A DNA stretch of 64,000 nt. It comes from Nitrosopumilaceae archaeon (GTDB taxonomy: Archaea > Thermoproteota > Nitrososphaeria > Nitrososphaerales > Nitrosopumilaceae). A program made the position numbers and the translations under genes. The DNA is taken from assembly GCA_965208905.1 (NCBI GenBank), contig OZ242365.1, forward strand, positions 1 through 64,000, in the 5' to 3' direction. Of the stretch, positions 40,110 through 49,460 are shown piece after piece (within the stretch, counting starts at the first letter, position 1; each line of letters begins with the position of its first letter). The notes beneath the pieces were generated by a model, which worked only from the letters and a program-made list of their open reading frames with translations, made no database searches and was not told the origin of the DNA.

Positions 40110-40862
40110 GTGACAGAATATAACATATTGGGAATATTTGGTAAAAAGAAAGTTGATGACACTAATGATATGACCAAAGATCTCGCAGATGAAGTATCAA
40201 ATCTGCAAGACAAAGTAAGGAAACAAAACGACCTATTACAAGAGGCAACCTCGAAACTAGAGACTGTCCGTTCTGAGTATGATACCATTGTACATGATCT
40301 GATGAAGATAAAAAAAGAGATAAATGAACAACGCCAAGAGCGTACACGCCTTGAGCAAATAAACTCGGGCATACGGGATGAGATTGCGCAGGGTAAGATG
40401 ATACTTCGAAAGACCAGCAAGGATTTGGAGTCGGCAAAGACCCTTGCAAATGATCTTACCAAGTCTACAACAAAACTAAAAGAGACAAAAAAAGAGTACA
40501 GCTCCATAAAAGCACGTCTTGACAAATTACAAAAGACTGCAGTATATAGCAGCACAGATACACTACACTATAAAGAACGGTTGGAGGTTTTAGAGTCAGA
40601 GCGCCAAGGCTTTCGATATCAAATACGTGAACAACACGAGGTGATTGTAAAACTACAGGAACAACTTGCCCGTGCTCAGAGACGACACAGTACATCCTCA
40701 ACAAAAAACAGTCCCGACAAAGGCGTGGTGGAGGCGGCCAGCGCCATGGTGGCATCATTTCGAAGAGAGATGCTTGATGCCCAAAATGAGCTGGCCGAGG
40801 AGCGCGCCAGGCACGCCAAGACGCTCAAGAAACTTGAGGACATAAAAAAACAGAGTCATTGA
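40110..40862 (+). CDS. Coiled-coil hypothetical protein
   Basis: GIFGKKK start region, long heptad pattern, VVEAASAMVAS motif. Confidence 0.75.
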   Translation: MTEYNILGIFGKKKVDDTNDMTKDLADEVSNLQDKVRKQNDLLQEATSKLETVRSEYDTIVHDLMKIKKEINEQRQERTRLEQINSGIRDEIAQGKMILRKTSKDLESAKTLANDLTKSTTKLKETKKEYSSIKARLDKLQKTAVYSSTDTLHYKERLEVLESERQGFRYQIREQHEVIVKLQEQLARAQRRHSTSSTKNSPDKGVVEAASAMVASFRREMLDAQNELAEERARHAKTLKKLEDIKKQSH

Positions 40863-41932
40863 TGTGTAATATTCATAAAGTCAAACCATCGACACTCGCA
40901 TTCTGTCTGCAGCGTCGATGATATGGATGGATGAACATCATCCCCACTTACAAATCGCTTAACCGACAGACCGCCTTCCACATCTATTATAACCTGTAAT
41001 GATGTATCTGACAACCGCTTGTAGTGTATGGCGTGTATCTTTTTGATGGATACTTTACCGGCTTGATCTGACACGCGTACTGTTCTGTCCATATGATGTA
41101 ATGGTTTGAGGTTGTCTGGCATATTATTCTGGAATGATATAACCATGCGAATCTGCGAGCGCATAGTGGGCATACGGGCCGGCATGGAAGGTATAGTTTG
41201 TATACTGTGAAACTGTAGCTGCCCTACGTCTAATCTATCTGGTATCTGGCGACGTTTGGGATTTTTAATTCTTACATAGAATCTTCTACCATCGCCTAGA
41301 ACACGGCTTGTAATGTCTTCGCCACCACACCATACAAAACAAAAGTTGGTCCCGCCCGTTATATCATATAGATGCTTTTGAAATATGCCTTGTATGCTCT
41401 CTGTCTTATATTTGGTAAAGTTGCAGTCTGCACATCCTTGACCGTTACACTGGACACATAATACATCTCTTTGAGGTATGGTTCTGCACCTCTTTGTGTA
41501 CTGTGCCTGAACCAGCATCTGTCGGGAGCGAATCTCGCATGAACCAAATCTAGTATCCATCAATACTGTGATGTCTGGATTGGTTCGGTCCAACCTCTTT
41601 TTGGTGCGTTTGGATATTATATCTATCAGCTGACCTGTAAGTGCTGTCTTTATCGAACTGGTACCACGCGCACGAAGTTTTGAGCGTATGTAGTCATCTC
41701 GGTCTAATATTGACGGCTTTAGTGTGGCGCCTATCGTAAATGTCTCAAACTCGTATAGTTCTGTACGTCTGATGATTATGTCCGACATCTCCTTTATGGT
41801 ATTCATCATGCCGTGACATATGAAGCACTTCTGTCCGGACACTGACTTTATCACACCTGATAGTCTTGCAAGACACCCATCACACAGCGATAACTTGGGA
41901 TGTATACTGTGATCGTTTGTAGACTCTGGCAT
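40856..41932 (-). CDS. pus10: tRNA pseudouridine(54/55) synthase Pus10
   Basis: ATG overlaps the SRP54 stop (TAATG); LCDGCLAR..CFIC, YTK..R.IPQ, GGED...LG.GR.F, EGGL.VK. Confidence 0.85.
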   Translation of the reverse strand: MPESTNDHSIHPKLSLCDGCLARLSGVIKSVSGQKCFICHGMMNTIKEMSDIIIRRTELYEFETFTIGATLKPSILDRDDYIRSKLRARGTSSIKTALTGQLIDIISKRTKKRLDRTNPDITVLMDTRFGSCEIRSRQMLVQAQYTKRCRTIPQRDVLCVQCNGQGCADCNFTKYKTESIQGIFQKHLYDITGGTNFCFVWCGGEDITSRVLGDGRRFYVRIKNPKRRQIPDRLDVGQLQFHSIQTIPSMPARMPTMRSQIRMVISFQNNMPDNLKPLHHMDRTVRVSDQAGKVSIKKIHAIHYKRLSDTSLQVIIDVEGGLSVKRFVSGDDVHPSISSTLQTECECRWFDFMNITHQ

Positions 41933-43254
41933 TAACCCAGACCCATCCGCCGCATCAGGTCTGGCATCTTGCGGCCTTTGTTGGACTTTATCATGGTCTT
42001 TGTAGAGTTGTAGTTCTTGATCATATTCTTGACGTCCCGTTCTGTGCAGCCGGCCCCGCGGGATATTCTCTTTGTTCTGGAGCGGTTTATCATGTCTGGA
42101 TTCATCTGCTCCTCTTCGGTCATACTCTGTATCATGTATCGCCACTTCTCCATATTGGCATCTATGTCCTCCATGCGTTTGTCATTTACCTGACCTGCAA
42201 ACATGGGTATGCTGTCTAACATATTCTTTAGGGAACCGGCACTTGTCACACTCTCTATCTCCTCTAGAAAGTCTATCAATGACATCTTGCCCCGGTATAT
42301 ACGCTTGGCACGATTTCCATCGGCCACATTCTCCAATTTTTTTGCCAAGTCTAGTATTGCCTGTATGTCACCCATGTCTAGCATTCTGCCAACAAAACGT
42401 GTAGGCGAGAACGGTACCAAATCATCTATCCTCTCGCCATTACTGATGAACATTATTCGCGCTCCGGTTGCTGCGGCCGCTGCCAACGCGCCACCTCCCT
42501 TACCAGAACCATCCAACTTTGTCACTATTATGCCTCCTACAGGAGCTGTCTCATGAAATGCCTTGGACTGCGCAAAGCATTGCTGACCTACTGTTCCATC
42601 TATTACTAGTATGGTCAAGTCTGGTTGGGCTACCTTGCTGATGCTCCTCATCTCATCTAACAGATCAGACTCCCTTCGGTGACGTCCTGCAGTATCTATT
42701 ATGATGACATCACATGTATCCTTAAAGTGTTCTAGCCCCCTCTTTACTATATCATCGGCATCTTGGTTTGTTTCATTTCCATACACTTCGGTCTTTGCTT
42801 TATCGCACATAGTCTTTAATTGGACAAGCGCTCCAGGCCTGTAGTTGTCAGCACCTATGACCCCTACGGTATTACCTTTATCATGTAATATCTTTGATAG
42901 TTTGGCGCAAGTAGTGGTCTTTCCACTTCCTTGTATTCCCAGTAGTAGTATGCGCATGGTCTTGTCCTTTGGAACCTCCAGTGTATATTCGTCGCCCAAC
43001 AGGGATGAGAGCTCCTCGTATAGTATCTTTATGATGTGTTTTTTGCGGGACAGTCCTGGCGGCGGAGTCTCATCTAGTGCTCTTTGTTGTAGTCGTTTTG
43101 TGAGACTGACTACCAACCCTGCCTCAACATCCGACATAATTAGTGATCTCTGAATATCTTTTTTGAGTTGTATTATGGTCTCTTTATCTACACTATTGGA
43201 CTTTACTATCTTGTCTATCGCTCCTCGCAGGTCTTTTCTAAGATTATCTAACAT
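41932..43254 (-). CDS. srp54: Signal recognition particle protein SRP54
   Basis: GIQGSGKTT, DTAGRH, TKLDGSGKGGG, Met-rich M domain. Confidence 0.97.
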   Translation of the reverse strand: MLDNLRKDLRGAIDKIVKSNSVDKETIIQLKKDIQRSLIMSDVEAGLVVSLTKRLQQRALDETPPPGLSRKKHIIKILYEELSSLLGDEYTLEVPKDKTMRILLLGIQGSGKTTTCAKLSKILHDKGNTVGVIGADNYRPGALVQLKTMCDKAKTEVYGNETNQDADDIVKRGLEHFKDTCDVIIIDTAGRHRRESDLLDEMRSISKVAQPDLTILVIDGTVGQQCFAQSKAFHETAPVGGIIVTKLDGSGKGGGALAAAAATGARIMFISNGERIDDLVPFSPTRFVGRMLDMGDIQAILDLAKKLENVADGNRAKRIYRGKMSLIDFLEEIESVTSAGSLKNMLDSIPMFAGQVNDKRMEDIDANMEKWRYMIQSMTEEEQMNPDMINRSRTKRISRGAGCTERDVKNMIKNYNSTKTMIKSNKGRKMPDLMRRMGLG

Positions 43255-43255
43255 G

Positions 43256-43933
43256 TTATATCAGTATGGCATCTGATATTTCAAACCTTCCTATATATCC
43301 GTCCCAGTTGTGTGTGCCGCAGAGCATGATTGGCCTTGAAAAGAGGGGACAGTCCACCACAAAGGTCTCAGCTTCACCACCCTCAAAGTCTATGGCAAAA
43401 CCATGCTTTCTGCTTAAATGATGTAGGTCTTTTATGTCTGGTGTGGTAATCAGGCGTCCTAGCCAGGCTTCGTTTAGACCTCCGGCAGAGACACTCTGTA
43501 TTATAAATTTGAAACCAGACTGTATTATATCTGACATGTACTGTATGGCAGGACCATTTCTCCACACTGGTGATACTACTACTAAATTATTTGATTTGGC
43601 TATATGCTCAAATCTGTCTCTTTGATATATACTTCGTATGCCACCATGCAGTATTCCATCTATGTTGTAGTTTTGTATGGCCCACTGTACTACTTGATTT
43701 AATGTATGGTCTTCGGCCAAACTATCTGTATCTGAGTGTATGGCATAATGTGGAATTCCCATGGATGCTGCTTGTATCTTGGTGTACTTTATGCCAGGAT
43801 AGTGCAATAGATGACTATCTGATGATGCAGGATTGACAGATAACAGGCAGCAGATACTGTGTCCTGCATTTATTGCCTTGTATATGGCGTATGTGCTGTC
43901 TTTACCGCCCGAGAAGAGCGCCGCCAATCTCAT
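43256..43933 (-). CDS. Diphthine-ammonia ligase (Dph6 family)
   Basis: LFSGGKDS PP-loop, EGGEAETFV.DCPLF. Confidence 0.9.
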   Translation of the reverse strand: MRLAALFSGGKDSTYAIYKAINAGHSICCLLSVNPASSDSHLLHYPGIKYTKIQAASMGIPHYAIHSDTDSLAEDHTLNQVVQWAIQNYNIDGILHGGIRSIYQRDRFEHIAKSNNLVVVSPVWRNGPAIQYMSDIIQSGFKFIIQSVSAGGLNEAWLGRLITTPDIKDLHHLSRKHGFAIDFEGGEAETFVVDCPLFSRPIMLCGTHNWDGYIGRFEISDAILI

Positions 43934-44011
43934 AATAAAGACGCCTCATAACTCATAATCCTCATCATATGTGATCAGATGGCTTTTCCAACTATCATCG
44001 GCATCTCAAGG

Positions 44012-44422
44012 CTAGTTTTTAACGCGCATTATTTTAGTTCTATCCATGACCTTCCAGTATTCTACATTTTGATCATTTGCCAACTTGCCCTCCAACTCTT
44101 CCTCTATCAGTGTTATGTCTATGGTCTCAAATGTCTCTGAGTCCATTATCTGTATTGTGTCTCCTATGATGGATATTATCTGTCCAGTCCTCTTGTCTAT
44201 GAGAGGTACGTGTACCTGCATGCTGACCGGACCCACATGTGGCCTCTTTTGACCATCAAAGACACCTACTCCCACTATACGGGCCTTTGCAGCCCCGTGT
44301 TTACCAGGCTTTGATGTATCGTACTCGGATATTTTACAGGGCTCGCCGGTGGGCTGATCGCTTACAGGCAGGAGTATGTATGAGCCTATCTTGAGGGAGC
44401 CTAAATCTACAGGTTTGCTCAT
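44012..44422 (-). CDS. eif5a: Translation factor aIF-5A
   Basis: Hypusine loop SKPGKHGAAK; start MSKP at 44422. Confidence 0.96.
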   Translation of the reverse strand: MSKPVDLGSLKIGSYILLPVSDQPTGEPCKISEYDTSKPGKHGAAKARIVGVGVFDGQKRPHVGPVSMQVHVPLIDKRTGQIISIIGDTIQIMDSETFETIDITLIEEELEGKLANDQNVEYWKVMDRTKIMRVKN

Positions 44423-44498
44423 GGTATGAGGTTTAGTTGAGATGTATTTATCTTTATTTGGATAATTATTTAAGACAAAGAATTTCATATGTTAATAT

Positions 44499-44619
44499 CC
44501 CAAGCTAGCTCAGCCTGGTAGAGCTTCCGGCTGTAGTTGCCGGCTTGAGGCTGGCCAAAGAGCAGCATATCAGGCAAACAGAAACCGGGTTGTCGAAGGT
44601 TCAACTCCTTCGCTTGGGA
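44499..44619 (+). tRNA. tRNA-Tyr(GTA) with intron at 37/38 (about 44537-44583)
   Basis: Acceptor CCCAAGC/GCTTGGG+A; D arm GCTC..GAGC; anticodon GTA 44533-44535; BHB-like CTGT/ACAG helix; T loop TTCAACT. Confidence 0.92.
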
Positions 44620-44625
44620 TTACAG

Positions 44626-44651
44626 TCCGGAGAAGATTCCTCTTCTCCGGA
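44626..44651. repeat. Perfect 11-bp stem hairpin just downstream of tRNA-Tyr
   Basis: TCCGGAGAAGA-TTCC-TCTTCTCCGGA. Confidence 0.8.
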
Positions 44652-44664
44652 TGTTTATCTGTAT

Positions 44665-44901
44665 AATTCCTCCTACAAGTTTGGATGATGGTTGCGATGC
44701 AACATTATGAATTATTATACATAATAAACGGAATTCAACGCAATCTAATACTGTATGATATCAGAGTGTGAGAAGAACCGGGCAGTAACACGCCCATACT
44801 GATGAGAATATAGTCAAGATGTGACATATGATATGGCGAATAATGCAGGTTAGTGGGATGATGAACTATCGCAGAGGGGCGTAACCCAAACTTGTGGGCG
44901 C
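44665..44901 (+). mobile_element. MITE-like internally deleted, decayed copy of the 60267-61884 TnpB element
   Basis: Left end AATTCCTCCTACAAGTTTGGATGATGGTTG ~ GGTTCCTCTCTCAAAGTCGGGTGACGGTTG; GGGCAGTAACACGCCCATAC 19/20 to 60366-60385; CGTAACCCAAACTTGTGGG ~ right TIR; flanks ATCTGTAT/CTCTGTAC (6/8). Confidence 0.7.
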
Positions 44902-44945
44902 CTCTGTACCAAGATTTATATGAAAAACAAGCCGATGCAATCGAT

Positions 44946-45242
44946 ATGTCAATAATACAAATGAAGAGTGATGTGAACAATCAGTTTTTATCCCGTCGTG
45001 AGATGACATGTGACTTTGTTGGATTAGGAGGAAAGCTACTAAAGAGTCAGGCCGTAGATATGATAACTGGTGAGTACGACCTAAAAGACAAGTTTGTTAT
45101 ACCAATATCCTTGAGAAATCAAGTGGGACGGACTACAATTACAGGTACATTTTACGTCTACGATGATGAATCCCTGGCCAAGAAACATATCAATTCTGCA
45201 ATATTTACTCGTCTGGCAAAACAAAAGGGTGATGATGCATGA
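44946..45242 (+). CDS. rps24e: 30S ribosomal protein eS24
   Basis: N.FLSRRE, G.T...G..YVYD; directly upstream of eS31. Confidence 0.85.
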   Translation: MSIIQMKSDVNNQFLSRREMTCDFVGLGGKLLKSQAVDMITGEYDLKDKFVIPISLRNQVGRTTITGTFYVYDDESLAKKHINSAIFTRLAKQKGDDA

Positions 45243-45409
45243 GTGGAAAGAAGGGATATAGCCCAAAAGTATACCAGTATTATACAGTACAAGACAATAA
45301 GGCAACCACCAGCAAAAAGATATGTTCTCGGTGTGGTCGTGGCGTATTTATGGCCGAACACAAAAACCGACGGGCATGCGGCAGATGTGGCCTCACTGAA
45401 TTTTATTAA
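45239..45409 (+). CDS. rps27ae: 30S ribosomal protein eS31 (S27ae), 56 aa
   Basis: Manual translation MSGKKGYSPKVYQYY...KICSRCGRGVFMAEHKNRRACGRCGLTEFY*; below ORF-track cutoff. Confidence 0.95.
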   Translation: MSGKKGYSPKVYQYYTVQDNKATTSKKICSRCGRGVFMAEHKNRRACGRCGLTEFY

Positions 45410-45453
45410 ATCTAAACCGAAATCAAATTAATATGGTGATTGCTATGTACATT

Positions 45454-45528
45454 GGGCTCGTTGCATAGCATGGATAGTGCGAACGCTTGCGGAGCGTTAG
45501 GTCGGGGGTTCGAATCCCTTCGGGCCCG
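45454..45528 (+). tRNA. tRNA-Arg(GCG)
   Basis: GGGCTCG/CGGGCCC acceptor; AACGC-TTGCGGA-GCGTT anticodon arm; GGTTCGAATCC. Confidence 0.95.
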
Positions 45529-45627
45529 CCTACTTGATAAACTTGTAAAGGTATGTCGGCTCAGACACACTAAAGATATGTTGGAAAGGACAATAACTAC
45601 CCATCAAGGCTGTTTAGTATTCAGTAT

Positions 45628-45745
45628 GGGGTCCCTACAAAAGTTGGATTGCGCCCCTGTGAGATGGCCTGTCAGCCCTCTTGAGTGGTGTAGTACAATA
45701 CACAACAGACTTTCGGACTGGCCAAAACCTTACGATTTACGTAGG
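45628..45745 (-). mobile_element. Orphan or relic copy of TnpB-element omega-RNA region and right end
   Basis: Minus strand CGTAAGGTTTTGGCCAGTCCGAAAGTCTGTTGTG...CACTCAAGAGGGCTGACAGGCCATCTCACA...CCAACTTTTGTAGGGACC, collinear with 61733-61884. Confidence 0.7.
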
Positions 45746-45804
45746 TTTCACACTACCCGGTAAATTTACTGTAATGTCTACAGTATATCGTCTCTACAGG
45801 CGAT

Positions 45805-46650
45805 CTACTTGTCTGGCATGGTCTTGAAACATGCTATCTCTATCCAGCCACTACTCTCGGTGGGAAAGAGATGATTTGCTCCGGTCCGTCTCCTCTCTAT
45901 GTTGGACATTGTATGTCTGCGAATATCAAAACCCCCAATGGCTTTTGCGCGCTGTACGATGGCGTTGTATTCAAACCTGTCTATCTCCAAATTATAGGGC
46001 AGTGTGTCTTGTATTATGCCAAAGACGCCATCAGGTATGTGGGCGCGCTCCTTATCTATCATGTCTCTAGGTACAATATACTCTAAAATTACATGGTTTA
46101 CTGCATGACTTGAGAATTGACGTACTAACTCCCACAAAACTCCGGGTTTTAGATAATATGATATGCCCTCAAATATCAGTAAAGTAGGTTTACTCCTGTC
46201 CCATCTGGCATCTACAACATTTGATACCACTCTTGATGATTGATTCAAGTCCGCCGTTATACACATTATGCGACCTGTATCCTGTATGACCTTATTTACC
46301 AGTAGTTGTTTGTGCTCCATCTGGTCGGCATCAACCTCATACACTTGTACTGTATCGTTTAGTGATGTTATCTCTAGTGAGAGAGCATCCATACCACTAC
46401 CAAATATTATCACTTGGTTTATACCACTTTGTACACTAGATTTGACTTCTTGTAGTATGGCACTCTTCCTGTTTAGTACAAGCTCGTCTAAGTGCGGCCA
46501 GACCTGTGCGCATTCTCGTAAAAGACCTCTTCCAGATGAGAGGTTCAACATGCTCCTGTATATCTGGGAGTTTTTGCTTGTATGTATGCCCTCCTTCATC
46601 AGTAACATGACAAATGCCGAGGTATCTGAGAGTTGGACCGATGCTGTCAT
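45805..46650 (-). CDS. Class I SAM-dependent methyltransferase (LCM/Rv0726c-like)
   Basis: QVIIFGSGMD, VYEVD, ADL, PTLLIFEGISYYL. Confidence 0.85.
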   Translation of the reverse strand: MTASVQLSDTSAFVMLLMKEGIHTSKNSQIYRSMLNLSSGRGLLRECAQVWPHLDELVLNRKSAILQEVKSSVQSGINQVIIFGSGMDALSLEITSLNDTVQVYEVDADQMEHKQLLVNKVIQDTGRIMCITADLNQSSRVVSNVVDARWDRSKPTLLIFEGISYYLKPGVLWELVRQFSSHAVNHVILEYIVPRDMIDKERAHIPDGVFGIIQDTLPYNLEIDRFEYNAIVQRAKAIGGFDIRRHTMSNIERRRTGANHLFPTESSGWIEIACFKTMPDK

Positions 46651-46709
46651 TATCAGAACTGCATAGAATCAAAATATATAATTATCATATTAATGCGATA
46701 CAATCCGTA

Positions 46710-47060
46710 TTGGCTGATTTTGTGCATCAAGAGTATAAGACTGTGTATATTCGTGATGTAATACCCATGGATCTGGATGATCTCATTACAATGATGTCTG
46801 GTGATGGAGCGGGATTGGCATATTGGGCTGATGGTGTACTCTTTGTGGCCTTCTCTACAGATGCATCTGAGTCAATGGCAAGAAAGGAGATTGAAGGAAT
46901 AACATATCTAGACAGGCTGATATTTACAAAACATCCTAGGTTCTCTCGCACGGTGAAGTCTACTACAAACTTTGAAATCCCCGTTGTCAATGTGCAGAAC
47001 AGCAATTTCTTTGGTAAGTTAATACGCTGGATTAAAAACCAATCATTCTGGAATGACTAA
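46710..47060 (+). CDS. Conserved hypothetical protein
   Basis: Likely TTG start 46710; YWADGVLF motif; overlaps tag start. Confidence 0.7.
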   Translation: MADFVHQEYKTVYIRDVIPMDLDDLITMMSGDGAGLAYWADGVLFVAFSTDASESMARKEIEGITYLDRLIFTKHPRFSRTVKSTTNFEIPVVNVQNSNFFGKLIRWIKNQSFWND

Positions 47061-47607
47061 AAAGCGATGCTCCTGGGCTGTGGGCGATGCCATGATTTTA
47101 TATCATGATACTGAGTGGGGCAGACCTCAGCATGATGACAACAAACTCTATGAATTTCTAGTTTTGGAAGGTGCGCAAGCTGGCCTGTCATGGAGTACCA
47201 TACTGAATAGACGAGAAGGGTATAAGGCAGCATTTGATGGATTTGATCCTCATATAGTATCAACGTATGATGAAAAAAAGATTCAAGAGATGCTGCTAAA
47301 TCCTCGCATAATTCGTAACCGTCTTAAAGTTAAATCTGCCATAAATAATGCAGTTAAATTCTGCAATATACAAAAGATACATGGCACTTTTGATAGCTAC
47401 ATCTGGGGCATGATAGACTCCCCAATAAAAAATTCATTTAAAAGTACAGATGAACTTCCTCAATATACTCATATGTCACAATTAATGAGCAAAAAATTAA
47501 AACAGGACGGATTCACCTTTGTTGGTCCTACCATATGTTATGCATTTATGCAGGCAGTTGGAATGGTAAATGATCATACCGTGGACTGTTTTTTACATAA
47601 TATATGA
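47053..47607 (+). CDS. tag: DNA-3-methyladenine glycosylase I
   Basis: RCSW, YHDTEWG, LEGAQAGLSW, IIRNRLK, FVGPTICYAFMQAVG..NDH..C. Confidence 0.96.
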   Translation: MTKKRCSWAVGDAMILYHDTEWGRPQHDDNKLYEFLVLEGAQAGLSWSTILNRREGYKAAFDGFDPHIVSTYDEKKIQEMLLNPRIIRNRLKVKSAINNAVKFCNIQKIHGTFDSYIWGMIDSPIKNSFKSTDELPQYTHMSQLMSKKLKQDGFTFVGPTICYAFMQAVGMVNDHTVDCFLHNI

Positions 47608-47673
47608 CTATGATATTACACTGTCATGAAATGTATCCAACGCTTTTTATTATGTATGTGCCAATTGTAAACA

Positions 47674-48174
47674 ATGAAATTATCTGACGAGATGACGACT
47701 GCCCTTAATGACCATATAACCCTTGAGTTGGCCGCATCACAGTTCTATCTGTCTGCTGCTGGCTGGTGTGAAGTGTCTGGTTATGATGGTGGCGCAGCCT
47801 ACCTTTATGCGCAAGCCGACGAGGAACGGGCCCACATGCTAAAGATTATAAAATTTATGAATAGCCTTGGCGTGCGTGCCGCTATTCCTGCAGTGCCACA
47901 GCCCGATGTAAACCCTGAAAGCCTAGAGAACCTTCTCTCCATGTCGCTGGCAAATGAGCAGAGTGTCACCGCATCCATTAATAATACTCTGTCACTGGCG
48001 TATAAACTACCTGAATATTCAGTAATTGATCTTTTGGAGTGGTTTGCCACCGAACAAGTTCATGAAGAGACAAAGTTTGAGGCGATACTCCAAAAGTTTG
48101 ATACAATTGGCCGAGATGGCTTGGCCGTAGCCGAGATAGACAAGATTCTTGCATCATCTACTGGCGGAGAGTAA
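47674..48174 (+). CDS. ftn: Non-heme ferritin
   Basis: E..A..YL, EERAH, NEQ.V, WF..EQ.HEE ferroxidase residues. Confidence 0.92.
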   Translation: MKLSDEMTTALNDHITLELAASQFYLSAAGWCEVSGYDGGAAYLYAQADEERAHMLKIIKFMNSLGVRAAIPAVPQPDVNPESLENLLSMSLANEQSVTASINNTLSLAYKLPEYSVIDLLEWFATEQVHEETKFEAILQKFDTIGRDGLAVAEIDKILASSTGGE

Positions 48175-48391
48175 TTATTTTTTTACATAATTAACGGTGA
48201 TACCATTAAAAATGTGTACATCTAAATTATTAATCATGATACGTATTGTAAAGGCATTTGTTCTGGTTGTTGTTGGTTTGATCACCATAATTGTGGGTGC
48301 CTTTATGTTGCGCGGTAATATGCATATGTGGGATCGAGGCAAGAGTGCCACCGACAGAAAAAAATAGTCCCACTATATGATAATAAACAGT

Positions 48392-48565
48392 ATGGTGGGA
48401 CCGCAAGATGGTGGTTTTGGCTTTGATCAATCCCGTAAATATACGACAGTAGATGATATCGATAACGTATGCGTTCAGTGTCAGGCTGGCCAACACAGAA
48501 ACTGTTTGGCAAAGAGTGGTGTAATATCTGAGTGTGAATGCGAGCAGTGTCTTGTATTTGGATAG
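48392..48565 (+). CDS. Small Cys-rich putative metal-binding protein
   Basis: MVGPQDGGFGFD...CVQCQAGQH..C...CECEQC. Confidence 0.65.
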   Translation: MVGPQDGGFGFDQSRKYTTVDDIDNVCVQCQAGQHRNCLAKSGVISECECEQCLVFG

Positions 48566-48607
48566 ATCACCCTGTGCCTTTTTAAATATTTGAGTTTATT
48601 ATTATTT

Positions 48608-48724
48608 ATGATGAGTCTTGAGTTTCGCTGTATGTATTGTGGCGCATCATTTGGTCGGAATGTGATTGGCCTAGCCCGACATATAAGAGAGCAGCATGAT
48701 GCGCAACGCCATAAGCTTCAATAG
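48608..48724 (+). CDS. Stand-alone C2H2 zinc-finger mini-protein (38 aa)
   Basis: Manual translation MMSLEFRCMYCGASFGRNVIGLARHIREQHDAQRHKLQ*. Confidence 0.7.
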   Translation: MMSLEFRCMYCGASFGRNVIGLARHIREQHDAQRHKLQ

Positions 48725-48743
48725 TGGTAATCTTTTATTATAC

Positions 48744-48845
48744 ATGATGCGTCGAGACAAACAGATAGTAATCTGGGTGGCCATTATAGGTAGCGGTCTG
48801 GCATATTATTTTGCATACGGTCATATAGCCGATATGATGAGGTGA
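48744..48845 (+). CDS. Single-TM mini-protein (33 aa)
   Basis: MMRRDKQIVIWVAIIGSGLALYFAYGHIADMMR*; fills the gap before the next gene. Confidence 0.55.
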   Translation: MMRRDKQIVIWVAIIGSGLAYYFAYGHIADMMR

Positions 48846-48849
48846 TTTT

Positions 48850-49299
48850 ATGACTGTTATATCCGATGAAGTTGCAGAGTTTGTACAGAACGAACGTCTA
48901 GGCTATGTTGCCACAGTATCTCCGGACTGTAAACCCAACCTATCCCCAAAAGGGAGTATAATACGCAGCGGGCCTGAGAGCCTGGCATTTGCTGATATAC
49001 GCTCACCTGACACTGTAGAAAATCTGGAGTCCAATGATGCCGTTGAGGTGAGCGTCATAAGCCCCATAATACGACGGGGGTACTTGTTTTCAGGACGTGG
49101 CCACATTCATAAGAGTGGCGCACTCTTTGATGATTTAATCAAAAAGTTTCGCGACATGGGAATACAAAGTCCCATAAATACGGTTGTGGTAATTGATGTT
49201 GATCATATAAGTGACACCAAATCCCCTCTATATGACTTGGGGTATACTGAAGAGCAGATAAAGGATACTTGGAAGAGAAACTATTTTGAAAACAGTTAA
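48850..49299 (+). CDS. Pyridoxamine 5'-phosphate oxidase-like FMN-binding protein
   Basis: VATVS...PNLSPKG, T.ENL..N; SD-like GAGGTGA upstream. Confidence 0.85.
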   Translation: MTVISDEVAEFVQNERLGYVATVSPDCKPNLSPKGSIIRSGPESLAFADIRSPDTVENLESNDAVEVSVISPIIRRGYLFSGRGHIHKSGALFDDLIKKFRDMGIQSPINTVVVIDVDHISDTKSPLYDLGYTEEQIKDTWKRNYFENS

Positions 49300-49321
49300 C
49301 TAAGGCCCTGTCACATGTGAT

Positions 49322-49420
49322 ATGATGCCACTAAGAAAGAAGGGGAAACACCAAAGGTGGGCGGATCAGCGAGCCACTAGGCGACGTACAAAGAAGGCAA
49401 AGTCTGGCAAACCACGATAG
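49322..49420 (+). CDS. Very basic mini-protein (32 aa)
   Basis: MMPLRKKGKHQRWADQRATRRRTKKAKSGKPR*. Confidence 0.55.
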   Translation: MMPLRKKGKHQRWADQRATRRRTKKAKSGKPR

Positions 49421-49460
49421 CTATCAAGATTTTTTACACTCTCTTCTATACTACCCACTA

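Noticed and set aside
45243-45763. ORF-track ORFs 45243-45431 and 45440-45763
   Set aside because: Wrong frame over rps27ae, and overlap with tRNA-Arg and a transposon relic
45628-46700. LCM methyltransferase as cargo replacing tnpB within one element
   Set aside because: No left TIR or TSD found upstream of the gene
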